In this document: piece after piece, positions 11,303-24,100 of the stretch
How positions within the stretch are numbered: position 1 is the first letter of the stretch
How the letters are laid out: each line of letters begins with the position of its first letter
The notes under the pieces: generated by a model
What the model was told of the DNA's origin: nothing
The model's database searches: none
The model's input: the letters and a program-made list of their open reading frames with translations, nothing else
Assembly: GCF_001194135.2 (NCBI RefSeq)
Contig: NC_068983.1
Span: forward strand, 122,651,257-122,715,256
From: Octopus bimaculoides
Taxonomy: Eukaryota
DNA length: 64,000 bases
Reading direction: 5' to 3'
Position numbers and translations under genes: made by a program

Positions 11303-14300
11303 ATGAATTATATACTAAAAGGATATTTATCTCCCCCTAAATGTGGGTGTTGTGTTAGAATATTGCGCTACTCGGCGGAGGTAAAGAATACGCACACCAA
11401 CCGTTTTTGGCGTAACCCTACGAGAAGACTGTACGAAAAGCTACGTGACCGCGGTGGTGACAGACGCGGAACGTAGTCAATCATATAACTTGTTTTATTT
11501 TGACACGCGCATTGCGTTATACTTTTCTTTCCGTTTCCGACTCGAAACTGTTTACAGATTACAGCTATTCACGAACCTAGGTTCGTGGGGAGCGCTTCGC
11601 ACTTCGATGGTTGTGAAGCAACCATCTCACGAAGTTGCGCTCATGAGGAGCTCTTCGCGCTCCGATCGTTATAAAAAGAACACTCGTGTTTATATCTCTG
11701 ATGAGTAATAACCGCCGGATCTTCCAAATCACGTGATTTCACCCTTCCTTAGACTTGTCAATAACAGAGATCCTGCTGGGATGTAACAGTATTTCCCCCA
11801 TCAATGCCCTTACATATAATAAAACGCAATGAGTCTCTCGTCGGTTACGCTGGAAAAAGAAAAGTAAAACAACAAACGGAGTGAGAGTGAATTAAAAATC
11901 AGAGAGACTGAATGCGGGTGAACAGTAGTAAAAGGTTTTCCACTGTGGCGATCTTACGGTACGAGTCCTAAATATCGGCCTTTTCCGTAAAAAGTGTCTT
12001 CGGCGATCTTTACCAAAGATCGGNNNNNNNNNNATATCGGCCTTTTCCGTAAAAAGTGTCTTCGGCGATCTTTACCAAAGATCGGCCTTTTCCGTAACAC
12101 CCGCACGATCTTCTCTACGGGGTTACGGTTACAGTTTTAGTGTCAGGGTTAGGGTTAGTGTTTAGGGAGTTACGGTTACGGTTAGGGACGGAATTCCCTA
12201 ACCCAAACCCTAAAACTCAAATCCTAAGCCTAACCCTAACCCTAAACCCTTGAAAATAAATCGCGCTCTCTGTATGTCTTTCGCTTTTATGACGTTGTTT
12301 CCCTGTTTCTCTCCAACACTTTTTACGGAAAAGGCCGATATTTGGGACTCGTACCGTAAGATCGCCTCCACTGTTGTAAAGTAACTGGTATTTAAAAATA
12401 AAACTGCAAATTTTTATTGTTGTAGCGGGGTAGATGTGATGTGCCATATCAGTTCGATATGAGGTAGCCCACTACCGATTGAAAATGTAATGCTTGAAGG
12501 TTCTCGCATCAAAGAAACCAAGGAACATCGAAGAATCAACACCAAGAAGGAAGAAATATTATTTACATATGTTTATTTGTTTGCCCGACAGGTAGTTAAA
12601 GAGACAGTAGCAATTCTAGTGATAGTGACAACAAGAACAGCTCGCTGGTTAATAGTTGATAGTGAAGAAAAAGGTTGTCTGTCAGTAGAGAATGAAAGGG
12701 TAAGGAATGTATGGTGCTGACTAGAAAGGAAGAAAGGATAACGGTGGCATCGCCTTTCTTGCAGCCGAAAGCTTCTCTTCACATGTTGAGCGAAGGGTAA
12801 AGAGAAGTGCTGCTATTAAAAACTAACTTCCTTTTCCCAAGCTAAGATTCGAAACCAAATCTAAGGATTCTCGCTCGCCTGATTCATCACTGACCAAACA
12901 GACGTGAAAAACATTTTTTTATCCTGTCAAAAATTGATAGATGGTTTCCCTTCGACCTTTGACCTCTGCCATGTCATTTAAGGTTCAAGTGGACAGGAGG
13001 CGACTTACATAGGTAGGAATTTCTCCTGTAGTATGTCTATCCTTCTAGTTGTCATGACCATTGTAAATACAGCAATCTGTCAAGGGATGAGTTAGACAGA
13101 GAAACAGCTAGAGGTAAGACGGCCAGCTAGTAACTTTGCCAGTTAAGCAGGCAACACTGATCCAGATATTCAACATGAATGACCCAACACAGTAGCAGTC
13201 GCAGAACATAAACAGACACTACCGAATGACCAACGCACACACAGGCACAAAGCATGTCCGGTTCTACCTTATTATATTGACACAGTATCTACCCTGTTAA
13301 TTTCTTCTTGGCCAGCTCGAAAATAAAGTTGGTAACGTAGTTAGATTTTTGGTATATACAAGTAAATGCAAGTGTCATTTAAATAAATTATTTAAACTAC
13401 AATCCGATGTTTTCCCATTGTTTTATTTTGATGTCCATATGCCTACTTCATCTGCTACCTCAACATCTTTTGCTACACCTTTCCCACTACATCGTAAATT
13501 GTATTTAGTTTGTCTGTTTCACGTACACACAAACATACCAATATGTATATACATACATGCATACACACACACATATAAATATGAATATAGAATGGTAGTA
13601 CAACAATGCACCAATATTTACTGGAAATAGCAGTCGATAATATACAACACTGCAATAATAATTTGGTTAAAAAGAGACGATGAGCGATAGCTAGAGAAAT
13701 ATTGAGCTTTGTTTTTAATAACCAGTTGATCTAGCAAGCGGGGCCTCATATCAGTGAGGGGGACCGGTGTGCATTGATGCTGTTGAAAGGTAGACCCCGA
13801 AACGGCGCGCATTCTCTCCTGATGACCCCATACACTTGCTGGCTTCCGGTATGCGGAATTCTCGACTGGTAGCACTTGCATGTGCGAGTTGTTTGCAAGA
13901 CATACTGGCAAAGATATGAGCAGGAGGCGAACATAAGAAATTTCATCTTACCTGTAGGAAGTACATCAAATAAATGTCCAACCCAGATGTGGATAATCTA
14001 GGTTTCAAACTCTTCAAGATATGTTTGTTAACGTAAACTTGATTAGTTCTACTCAGCTAAATTTACCGAAACAAAATTTCATGCTTGCTTGAATGCCTAG
14101 CCGCTAACAGAAGTAAGAACAGTAAAAAAATTTTCAAAGAAAAAAATTTAAATAGTGCAATATAAGAGTATTGTTTTCCAGTCAAATAAAGCAACATACA
14201 GTGAAAGTATAAATATAGATATAGAATGGTGGTACAACAATGCATCAATATTTACTGGAAATAGCTTTCGATAATAAAGCTTCACTGTGGTATATGTTGG

Positions 14301-15115
14301 CAAAGATGTGTGTGGGTGGCGAACATAAGAAATCTCATCTTACCTGTAGGAGGAACATCAGATAAATGTCCAACCCAGATATGGATAATCTAGGACTTAG
14401 GTTTCAAACTCTTCAAGATGCGTTTGTCAACATAAATTTGATTAGTTCTCCTCAGCTAGATTTACCATAACAAAATTTCAAATGTTGCCATATCAATGCC
14501 AGTATACTCACTTGAACACCTAGCCACAAACAAAAACAAGAACAGTGAAAAAGTTTACAAAGAAAAGATTTTAAATAGTGCAATACAAGAGTATTGTTTT
14601 CCAGTAAAATAAAGCATCATACGGTTAAAGTATAAATATAAATATAGAATGGTGGTACAACAATGCACCGATATTTACTGGAAATAGCAGTCGATAATAT
14701 ATGACTAGGTCCTAGATTAGCCACATCTGAGTTGGACGTTTATTGGATGTTCTTCCTACAGGTAAGATGAAATTTCTTATGCTTGCCGTCCGCACACATC
14801 TTTGCCAGTATATATACAGTAAAGCTTTATTATAGCGTCGTATATTATTGACTGCTATTTCCAGTAAATATTGGTGCATTGTTGTACCACCATTCTATAT
14901 TTATATTTATACTTTAACTGTATGGTGCTTTATTTCACTGGAAAATGATACTCTTGTATTGCACTATTTAAAAGTTTTTCTTTGACAACTTTTTCACTGT
15001 TCTCTCTTCTGTTAGCTGTTAGGCATTCAAGCGAGTATACTGGCTTTGATGTGGCAACATTTGAAATTTTGCTTCCGTAAATCTATTTGAGGAAAACAAT
15101 ACTCTTGTATTGCAC

Positions 15116-15151
<36 letters not shown>

Positions 15152-18100
15152 TAGTATTATAACCCAATTTCATTCTTGTCTACTCAGGCTATGTTTTAAA
15201 GATGAGGAATTTTGCCCTAGAGGCCACGCCTTTCAATTGAGCAAACTCAAAGTTGCCATGCAAACTCTGCAGCACTTTTGACATAGGTGTGCAAATTTTC
15301 AGCTTAATCCAACCACATTTATTAACACTTTTGCCTGCACAACTGCTTGTGAGACAATGTCCGCCTGTTTCACAAATATATAGTAGATATACTAGCAGAT
15401 ATACCTGGTGTTGCCTGTGTCACATGGAATTGAAGAATTACTTTCCTTTTATATTTTCTCTAATGAACTGGAATACCTATGATTTGAATTTCACCAAAAT
15501 TTGAGATTAAGAATTTTAATGGGGGTTCTTTCCCTCTTTACACACCCTAACACAAATTCTAATCATGACATATTTATCCCATACTACTCATCTTTATGCC
15601 CAGATTCCAAAATCCAAATCTTATAAAACTCATTTAAAGGTTTTTACTCTGTATAATGATAAGTAGATAAGTAATTTAAACTCCAAATAAGTCACTTATC
15701 ATAGAAAGTTTAATAGAAAGGCATAGTTATGTTTGAATTAAGATATGAATTGACAGTTATAAGTAATATCATGTATGGTGTGTATTAAAAAAAAAAAAAT
15801 TTTGTGTGAGAATGAAATAAAAGCTAGAGTATGTGATAATATTTAGTAGGCTGCTAGAATGCAATGAGAAAAAGAGTTATAAATATTTCAATAGCTATAT
15901 ATAATGGAAATTTTGTTAGTTTGAGAACTTATATTCTTATTTTCAAATAACCAGTAGCTGCCTCAGTTTTAGTTTATACACAACTAGACTCAACAATATT
16001 CTTGAGTATGCTCGCAATTTTTCATGAGCTTAAAAAATATTTGTATCCGAATTTGTTATCTACTTTCTCCTTCATGAAGTCTTCTGAAGTAATAATAATT
16101 CCTGTTGTATATTACTTGCACTGAGGAGAACAGTGATATGTAATTAATTTAATTTAATCAAATTAATTTTAATTATTCTACCATGTTATTTACAGGTTAA
16201 TATCGCTGTTCAAAACGATCGTATGCATGTATTAAAATTCTTCTAAATTTTAACATCTCTTCATTTTTTAACATACTTGTTGAGTCTCTATGTGACGAGA
16301 AAAATTATGTGTGTATGAACGCTGTGAGGCACGAACTTGAAAGTAGGGACGAAGTAGTTCGCGTGTTTGCTCGGCGATAGCCAAGGAAGAAAAGGATTAT
16401 TGACCGGAAGCATGTGACCATGCCGGTGTAAGGGGAAGAGAGAGAGAGAGTGGTAGAGGGAGAAACAAAGGGAGGAAGTAGAAGAATAGGTGAGCAACGA
16501 GAGGAAAAGAGAAAGAGAGGAAGTAGGAGGGGGAAAAAGGGATACGTAGTAGTAACAGAGGAAGAACGAGAGGGGTAAAGCGAGATACGTAGTAGTAAAG
16601 AGGAAGAACGAGAGGGGGGAAAATGATAGAGGAAGAGAAAGAGATAGAGTAGCGTCGGAAAATATGAAGTTACNNNNNNNNNNNNNNNNNNNNNNNNNNN
16701 NNNNNNNNNNNNNNNNNNNNNNNNNNNNNNNNNNNNNNNNNNNNNNNNNNNNNNNNNNNNNNNNNNNNNNNNNNNNNNNNNNNNNNNNNNNNNNNNNNNN
16801 NNNNNNNNNNNNNNNNNNNNNNNNNNNNNNNNNNNNNNNNNNNNNNNNNNNNNNNNNNNNNNNNNNNNNNNNNNNNNNNNNNNNNNNNNNNNNNNNNNNN
16901 NNNNNNNNNNNNNNNNNNNNNNNNNNNNNNNNNNNNNNNNNNNNNNNNNNNNNNNNNNNNNNNNNNNNNNNNNNNNNNNNNNNNNNNNNNNNNNNNNNNN
17001 NNNNNNNNNNNNNNNNNNNNNNNNNNNNNNNNNNNNNNNNNNNNNNNNNNNNNNNNNNNNNNNNNNNNNNNNNNNNNNNNNNNNNNNNNNNNNNNNNNNN
17101 NNNNNNNNNNNNNNNNNNNNNNNNNNNNNNNNNNNNNNNNNNNNNNNNNNNNNNNNNNNNNNNNNNNNNNNNNNNNNNNNNNNNNNNNNNNNNNNNNNGA
17201 GCGAAAAAAAAAGAAAAGAGGATACTTCAAGCAAGCTGGCCATGAACTTCCAGCCATTGTTCCTGTCTACCGCCATGTTTGGATGCCTCACGTGCTGAGA
17301 AAGAAACTTACCAGTTCACCCGCCATTTTCTGACGCCTTCTTAAACAAGAAAAAAAAATCTTTTTTTTTTTCAGCAGACTGCAACACAGGTTTAGCGACT
17401 AAAAACAAAAAAAAATTTTTCTCATTGCTGCACACAGTACACAAAGAAAAAAAATCAAGAAATTTTGTTAAGTAAATTTTTCTTTCACACACACGTTACG
17501 GTTCCTGCAACACTTTGTCGGTTCTTTGGTCCTTTCTTTTACCTCCGTAAAGGAAAAAAAAAAATGAGTCTTCACCACTTACCAGTGTACTCTGGTGACG
17601 TTACGCTTTGGTTCACACAGTTGGACGCCTATTTTTCGACCCATGTGGTGCCTCACCAACAGCAACTAAGTCTATTGTACTGTGGGATACCTGCCCCTCT
17701 TGCACGCTCAGTGAAAGATCTTATCACTGACCCACATCCAGATGCGACTTATGTGTCCATTAAATCTGAGGTTTTCCGACGGAGCACCCAATCCGCCAGC
17801 AGTTAATTCCAGACGCTGATGCAGGATGAGCACTTGATAGACAGGATGCCATCTAAGTTTCTTCGTCGTTTGCATGAACTCAGCGACACACCGTTAGAGG
17901 ACAATTCTCTGCTCAGAAAATTATTTTTCTCTCGGCTGAGGCCGAATATTCGATCCATACAGGTCACAGCAGTTGACTCGAATTGGCTCGACCAGTTAGC
18001 CACCATGGCGGACAAGATTATAGAGTTCACTGTGCAGTCAGCATCATACCTGTTCAGACACCGTAGTAGCTTCCTCTACTACCACTAAGTCATCTCTCTC

Positions 18101-21100
18101 GTCACATGACGACATTTTGGAGAGAGTCAATGCATTAGCACGTTGCATGGACACATTGTGACAGGAACACGCCAGCTCTCGTCATCCTCACAGCAGAAGC
18201 CGTTCTAAGTCACGGTCATCTAGGTCTACTCCAACGGTTTCCAATCTCTGCTGGTACCATGCCACATTCAAGGACAAAGCCTGTTGTTGCATCCAACCCT
18301 GTTTGTTCAAGTTGTCGGGAAACTAATTACAGAAGATTTGAGCACGTCAGATTCTTCCTGCAAATTTTCACCTTATTGTGCATTCTTTGTAAAGGATCGT
18401 GTGTCTAACGAATCGTTCATGGTTGACACCAGATCCAGCTTTTCTATTTGGCCTTTGCGTTTTACTTCAGACAAGCCAAAGCAATTTGCTATCATCCTGC
18501 ACGCGGTGAATTTATCCCCGATAAAAACTTATGGTCAGGTCTTATTACACCTAGATCTCAACCTTCGAAGGGATTGTAGGTGGGTTTTTGTTGTAGCAGA
18601 TCTACCATATCCCATTCTGGGCACGGACTTCTTAAACCACTTTCACTTATTAGTAGATGTCAGGCGACAGAGACTTGTGGACGGTTCTACGTCTTTGTTT
18701 ATACCTACTCGGATTACTACTAATGATGATTTCAACCTGTCATTTTTTGTTGCCACTGCTGGTGACCAGTTCCACTTCCTTTTGGCTTCTTTTCCAGAGC
18801 TGGTGGATCTGACTTTCAAATCACACACTCGACTCGCCATTATATCACTACTTCTGGACCACCGGGTTTTTTTTTCACGTCCATGGAGACTCGCTCCTGA
18901 TCGGCTCAAAAAGGCTTGATCTAAGTTTGAACATATGCTTCAACTCAGCCTTATTCGCCCCTCCACCAGCTCTTGGGCATCTCCTCTACATTTGGCGCAG
19001 AAAGGGGATTCATACTTTCACCCGGTGGGGGATTACAGACGTTTAAATGCAGTCACTGTTACTGATCGCTATCCTATAAGGAATCTCCAAGATTTTTCTT
19101 CAAACTTGTACCTTTTTTCCAAGGTTGACCTCATCCGAGCTTACCATCAAATTCCAATGAACACTGATGACATTTCCAAAACTGCCGTTACCACTCGCTT
19201 TGGAAGTTTCGAGTTCCTGTTTATGAGCTTCGGCTTGCGGAATGCAATGAGCACATTCCAGAGGTTTGTCAATGAAGTTGTCTGTGGACTTGACTTTGTG
19301 TTTACTTATGTCGATAATTTGCTCATAGCTAGTGACACGCGTGAAAACCATCTCCAACACTTATCTCAACCTTTTTAGCGTCTTCGCACCTACAATGTGC
19401 GAATCAACCCTGATAAGTGTGTTTTCGGACAGGCCTCTCTGGAACTCCTAGGTCATTATATCAACTCTAATGGTATCTGACCTCTCTCCTCCAAAGTCGA
19501 TGCAATTCAACGCATCTCACCTCCCACTTCTCTACACCAATTGTGTCACTTCTTGGGAATCGTCAACTTCTATAGGAGATTTATACATAACTGTGCAGAC
19601 AAGTTACTTCCATTGACTCAACTACTGAAAGCAAATACAAAAAAAAAATGCTTCTATCACTCTATCTGCCAAGGCATTATCTTCTTTTGAGTCAGTCGAG
19701 AAGGAAATAGCTTCTGTTCCCTCGCTTGCACATCTGGCTCCTGATGCTTGTCTCTCTTTAACAGTTGATGCAGCGGGTTCTGCGGTTGGTGCTGTTTTGC
19801 AACATACCGTCGACAATCAAACTCAGCCTTTTATCTCGTCAATTACAGCCAGCTGAGCATCGTTACAGTACGTTTGATCGTGAACTCTTAGCAATCTACC
19901 TGTCGATTCGTCACTTTCAACATCAACTCGAGGGCTGGGATTTCGTGGTTTGTACTGATCACAAGCCTCTTACGTTTGTTCTGTCATCTAAATCAGATAA
20001 ACACTCGCCTCATGCTTTTCGTCACCTGGACCACATTTCCCATTTCACGAGTGACATTTGGCATATACCTGGAACAGAGAACGTGCCTGCTGACATACTC
20101 TCTCGTCTCCCTGTATGTTCTCTTTCAACTCCTGCTGCAATCGATTTAACTGCCCTTGCGCAGGATCAGCCAGCTCTGGACACATTTGATCTGACTTCCA
20201 CCAAGCTGTCCTGTTGCAAGTTTGCCTATTTTCCACTTCCGTCTGCTGAAGGCACAACTCTTTGTGACACAGCTACTGGTTCTCCCAGACCGTTTGTACC
20301 TGCGACCCACCAGTGTTCTGTTTTCGATGCCTTGCATTCACTGTCACATCCTGGCATCGCTGCCTCGGTGAAGCTTATTACGGCTCAGTTTTTCTGGCCT
20401 CATATGCACCATATGATCACCGCTTGGGCACATTCTTGTGTGAAATGCCAGCATTCTAAAATCCACAGGCATATTCGCGCTCCTCTTGGATAGTTTTCTC
20501 CACCAGAGACTCGCTTTCACCATGTCCACATTGATCTGGTGGGACCATGGCCCGTCAGTTGCGGGTTCTCTTACATATTCACATGCGTCGATCATTTCTC
20601 TCGTTGGCCAGAAACCATTCCAATAGTGGACATTTCCGCTGAGTCAGTCGCTCGAGCTTTCGTTTCTAACTGGATTACTCGCTTTGGTGTCCCAGCTAAA
20701 ATAACCACTGATCGTGGATGCCAGTTCGAAGCTTCCTTATTTTGTGAATTGTCGCGAATCTTAGGCATTCATCACATTCATATGACCAACTACCATCCAG
20801 CTTTTCACAGTCAACTGAAGGCTTCTCTATGTGCCACTCCTGATCCACAGTCTTGGACAGAATTCCTGCCTATCATTCTTCTTGGTTGTTGCACTGCTGT
20901 TAAAACAGACTTAGGTTTCTCCTCTGCTGAACTCCTTTACGGTACCATCCTGGCACTCCCTGGTACAATGGTGGCGCCAAACAATTCCTTGCGTTCTGGT
21001 CCAACGTTGTATGTCACCATACTTTGCTTGTATTTCTCAAGTCTTCTCCCCATGCATCCGCCTGACCAGTCTATTCCCTCTCACATCGCACTGGAATTAA

Positions 21101-24100
21101 CAAATGGACTCATGTTTTTGTTCAGGATGATTCTGTCAAGGGACCTCTCATTTCTCCTTATAAGGGATCATTTCATGTGCTATCATGCACACCCAAAACT
21201 TTTAGTCTTAACATCAATGGTCGGGCAGAGATCATGTCGGTTGACAGACTTAAAAGGTCATTTATATGGCACCTGCAACGACCACGACTATGATGCACAG
21301 GTGCCACTGACATAACACTGGCATGGACACTATTATGATTTCACTTGGCCTGATGAGTCTTCTCATGCTCAGCATATCACCAGAGCTCTCAGTCACTTTC
21401 ATCACCCCTGTGAGGCTCAACATTCGAAGATCATGTTTCACTACCTTGTCCCATGTCTTCCTGGGTCTACCTCTACCACAGGTTCCGTCCACTGTTAGAG
21501 TTCAGCACTTCTTTACACAGCTGTCCTCATCCATATGCATCACATGACCATACCAACACAGTCATCTCTCTTGCACACCATATCTAATGCCTCTTATTTC
21601 TTTATTGTTCACAAGGGGCTAAACATAGAGGGGACAAACAAGGGGATTAAGTCGATTACATCGACCCAGTGCGTAACTGGTACTTATTTAATCGACCCCG
21701 AAAGGATGAAAGGCAAAGTTGACCTCGGCAGAATTTGAACTCAGAACGTAACAGCAGACGGAATAGTGCTAAGCATTTCGCCCGGCGTACTATCGTTTCT
21801 GCCAGCTCACCACCTTCATCAAATGCCTCTTATGCCCAGCTTTTGTTTCAAGACACCTACACTTTGTCGAACATGCAAACTGACATTGCACATTCAGCAA
21901 AGCGTACTAGCTTCATTTCTTTCAAGCCTACGCATGTCCTCGATGGTCGCAGCCCATGTTTCACTGCTATGTAGCATAACTGTTCACACACAGGCATCAT
22001 ACGATCTACCTTTCACTCTAAGAGAGAGGCCCATCAATATCAACAGAGGTAGGAGCTTTCTGAACTTTGCCCAGCCTATTCTTATTCTTGCATTCTCAGA
22101 GCATTCATCTGCACCACTGACTTGATAACCTAAGATAATGGAAGCTATTAACTACCTCTAGCTTACCCACTTGGCATTTGATGGAGTATATTTTCTGTAC
22201 ATTTGTGGCATTTATTCTACCTGTGCACCTTCCACACACAAAAACTGTTTTCCCTGTTAACCTTCCTCTGATATAGCTGCACCTCTTTTTTTTCATAGCT
22301 TACATCAGGTACACATCCAGATCAAGCAGGATTCTGGTTTGTTGTACACAGTTTACAAATCAACTAAATAAATTTTCTCCAGTTTAATATCAGACAAGTG
22401 TAGAGCTGAGATTACTCTATTACTACTCAGGGTAACTTTGTCTAATCATATAAAGTAACATGTATGACAAGTGTCACTTTACTTGCTGGGATCATTCCAT
22501 TTTGTTTTTTTAGTAATGAAAAGTACATTTTTCAGTTTTGTTTGTCTCATGTTGCTGACCTCATTCACACACATGTATTTTCAATTATAAATTTTAAGTG
22601 ATAATCACAAGTAGAGCATAAAAGTTTGTCAGTTGACTTGGATCTTGTGGGGGTGGTTATATAACACCATTTATGTTTTTCTTAAATTTAGGTTTGAATT
22701 TGTTGATGTTATAGGATTTACTTAAGAAATTAGGCAGATTTACTTTTCCACCTACACATCTCTGACAAAATTTTTTTTACTTTGTTAATTCTTTTATTTG
22801 TTTTCCTTGATATCTATACTGAAATGACTTGAGTGAATTTATGCCTTTACAATAATATAACCATTACAACATATTCTCTTCTCTGATAATTTAAAAAAAA
22901 TCATGCCTCGATTAGGAATAGGTACTTTTTTTTTTTTTACTTTTTTTTCATTTTACTTTCACTAAAATAGTTTTCTTTCTACCAGTAATTTATCAACTTT
23001 CCATTTTGTTCGTTTTTCCTGATCTGTAGTTTTTAATTTGCCTTTGACCATAAGTTTTGTTGTATTGTGATTATTTTAAGGTGTGATGATATTTGTTTAA
23101 TATGTGCAGTGCTTTCTTTTTCTCTTTTTCGTTGTTGAAGGTGTAGTGAGATCTTGAATCAAACCTAAAATTATCAGTTGCCTGGTCCATGCCATGCATA
23201 GACCACATTTTTATCATGCAGCATGTCCTGACTATTAACCAATTAACTTGCAACAACATCATGCCATATCATGGATATTATATGCAATGTCCTTGAATTT
23301 TCTGCACTATTCTCAGTATGAAATCAAATTCATGCCAATAATAACTGCAGAGGTTTGAGAGCCACCAGAGAACACACATCTTCACCTCTTGCTTAGCAAC
23401 ACCAAGTTTTCCTTTGCTGAAACCAGCTAGAAATGAAAGGAATTCTTCATAGTTTCAGACGAACTTTACCCTGTTTCTCAAGCTTCACTAATTATTACCA
23501 TGTGTAGATCTAACACTGAAGCTTGAAAATTTATCTTGCTACATTATCACCAGCAACCATTTGAAATCTATATTCAGTTGCTCTCCTGTTCAATAACTCT
23601 TTCAATAAAAATATACTATTATGTCTGTCTGATCATTATAATATAACACTCAGCCAAAATAGCAACTATTAACAACACATGAGTGAACCTCTGAATATAG
23701 TGACAAATGTACATTTTACTGTATGACAATGGAGATATGATTTGGCATGACCATAATCAAGGATGTTTTCAAGGTTTTGGTTCATTGAATCATTTCATAT
23801 ATGATGTGAGGTATCTAGCTTGCATGTAGATGACACTTGGATTTGGAAAGTTATGGAGGAAGAAAAGTAATATCAATGGCATAAAAGTAGGTGTTGTTGA
23901 AAATGACAGCAATAAAATATTTGAAGTATGGGTGTTAGTGAATAGGTGTAACTCACTTTCTTTTTTTTTTCATGCTAGATACTGCATCAATTCCTCAAAT
24001 TCCACCACTGGTGACAATTCATCAAATTGAACCGGTATTGGCATCACCTCTATTTTATCTTCAAATTGTTCTTTTAATTTCTCTGCTTTGGAGTTTTCAT

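Larger units (their letters stand above)
13560..15120 (-). repeat. Roughly 400-bp tandem plus inverted repeat carrying hammerhead ribozymes (retrozyme or Penelope pLTR-like)
   Basis: Direct copies at about 13905-14297 and 14298-14704, a partial copy at 13560-13700, and an inverted circularly permuted copy at 14705-15095. Confidence 0.85.

Noticed and set aside
11971-12085. Roughly 50-bp direct duplication across the 10-N gap
   Set aside because: Identical sequence either side of a placeholder gap is most likely an unmerged contig overlap.
13790-13845. GAAAC...CUGAUGA arrangement suggesting a type II hammerhead
   Set aside because: The stem II arms (cccc/cccc) cannot pair and there is no NUH triplet after stem III.
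16305-17291. Long ORFs spanning N-runs (also 25037-25967, 26756-27115, 32878-34200 and 38132-38679)
   Set aside because: They stay open only because N codons translate as X, so they are artefacts of gaps.
22290-22320. Apparent acceptor ttttttttcatag and short exon
   Set aside because: The pyrimidine tract is the reverse complement of RTE coding sequence, so the site is probably coincidental.
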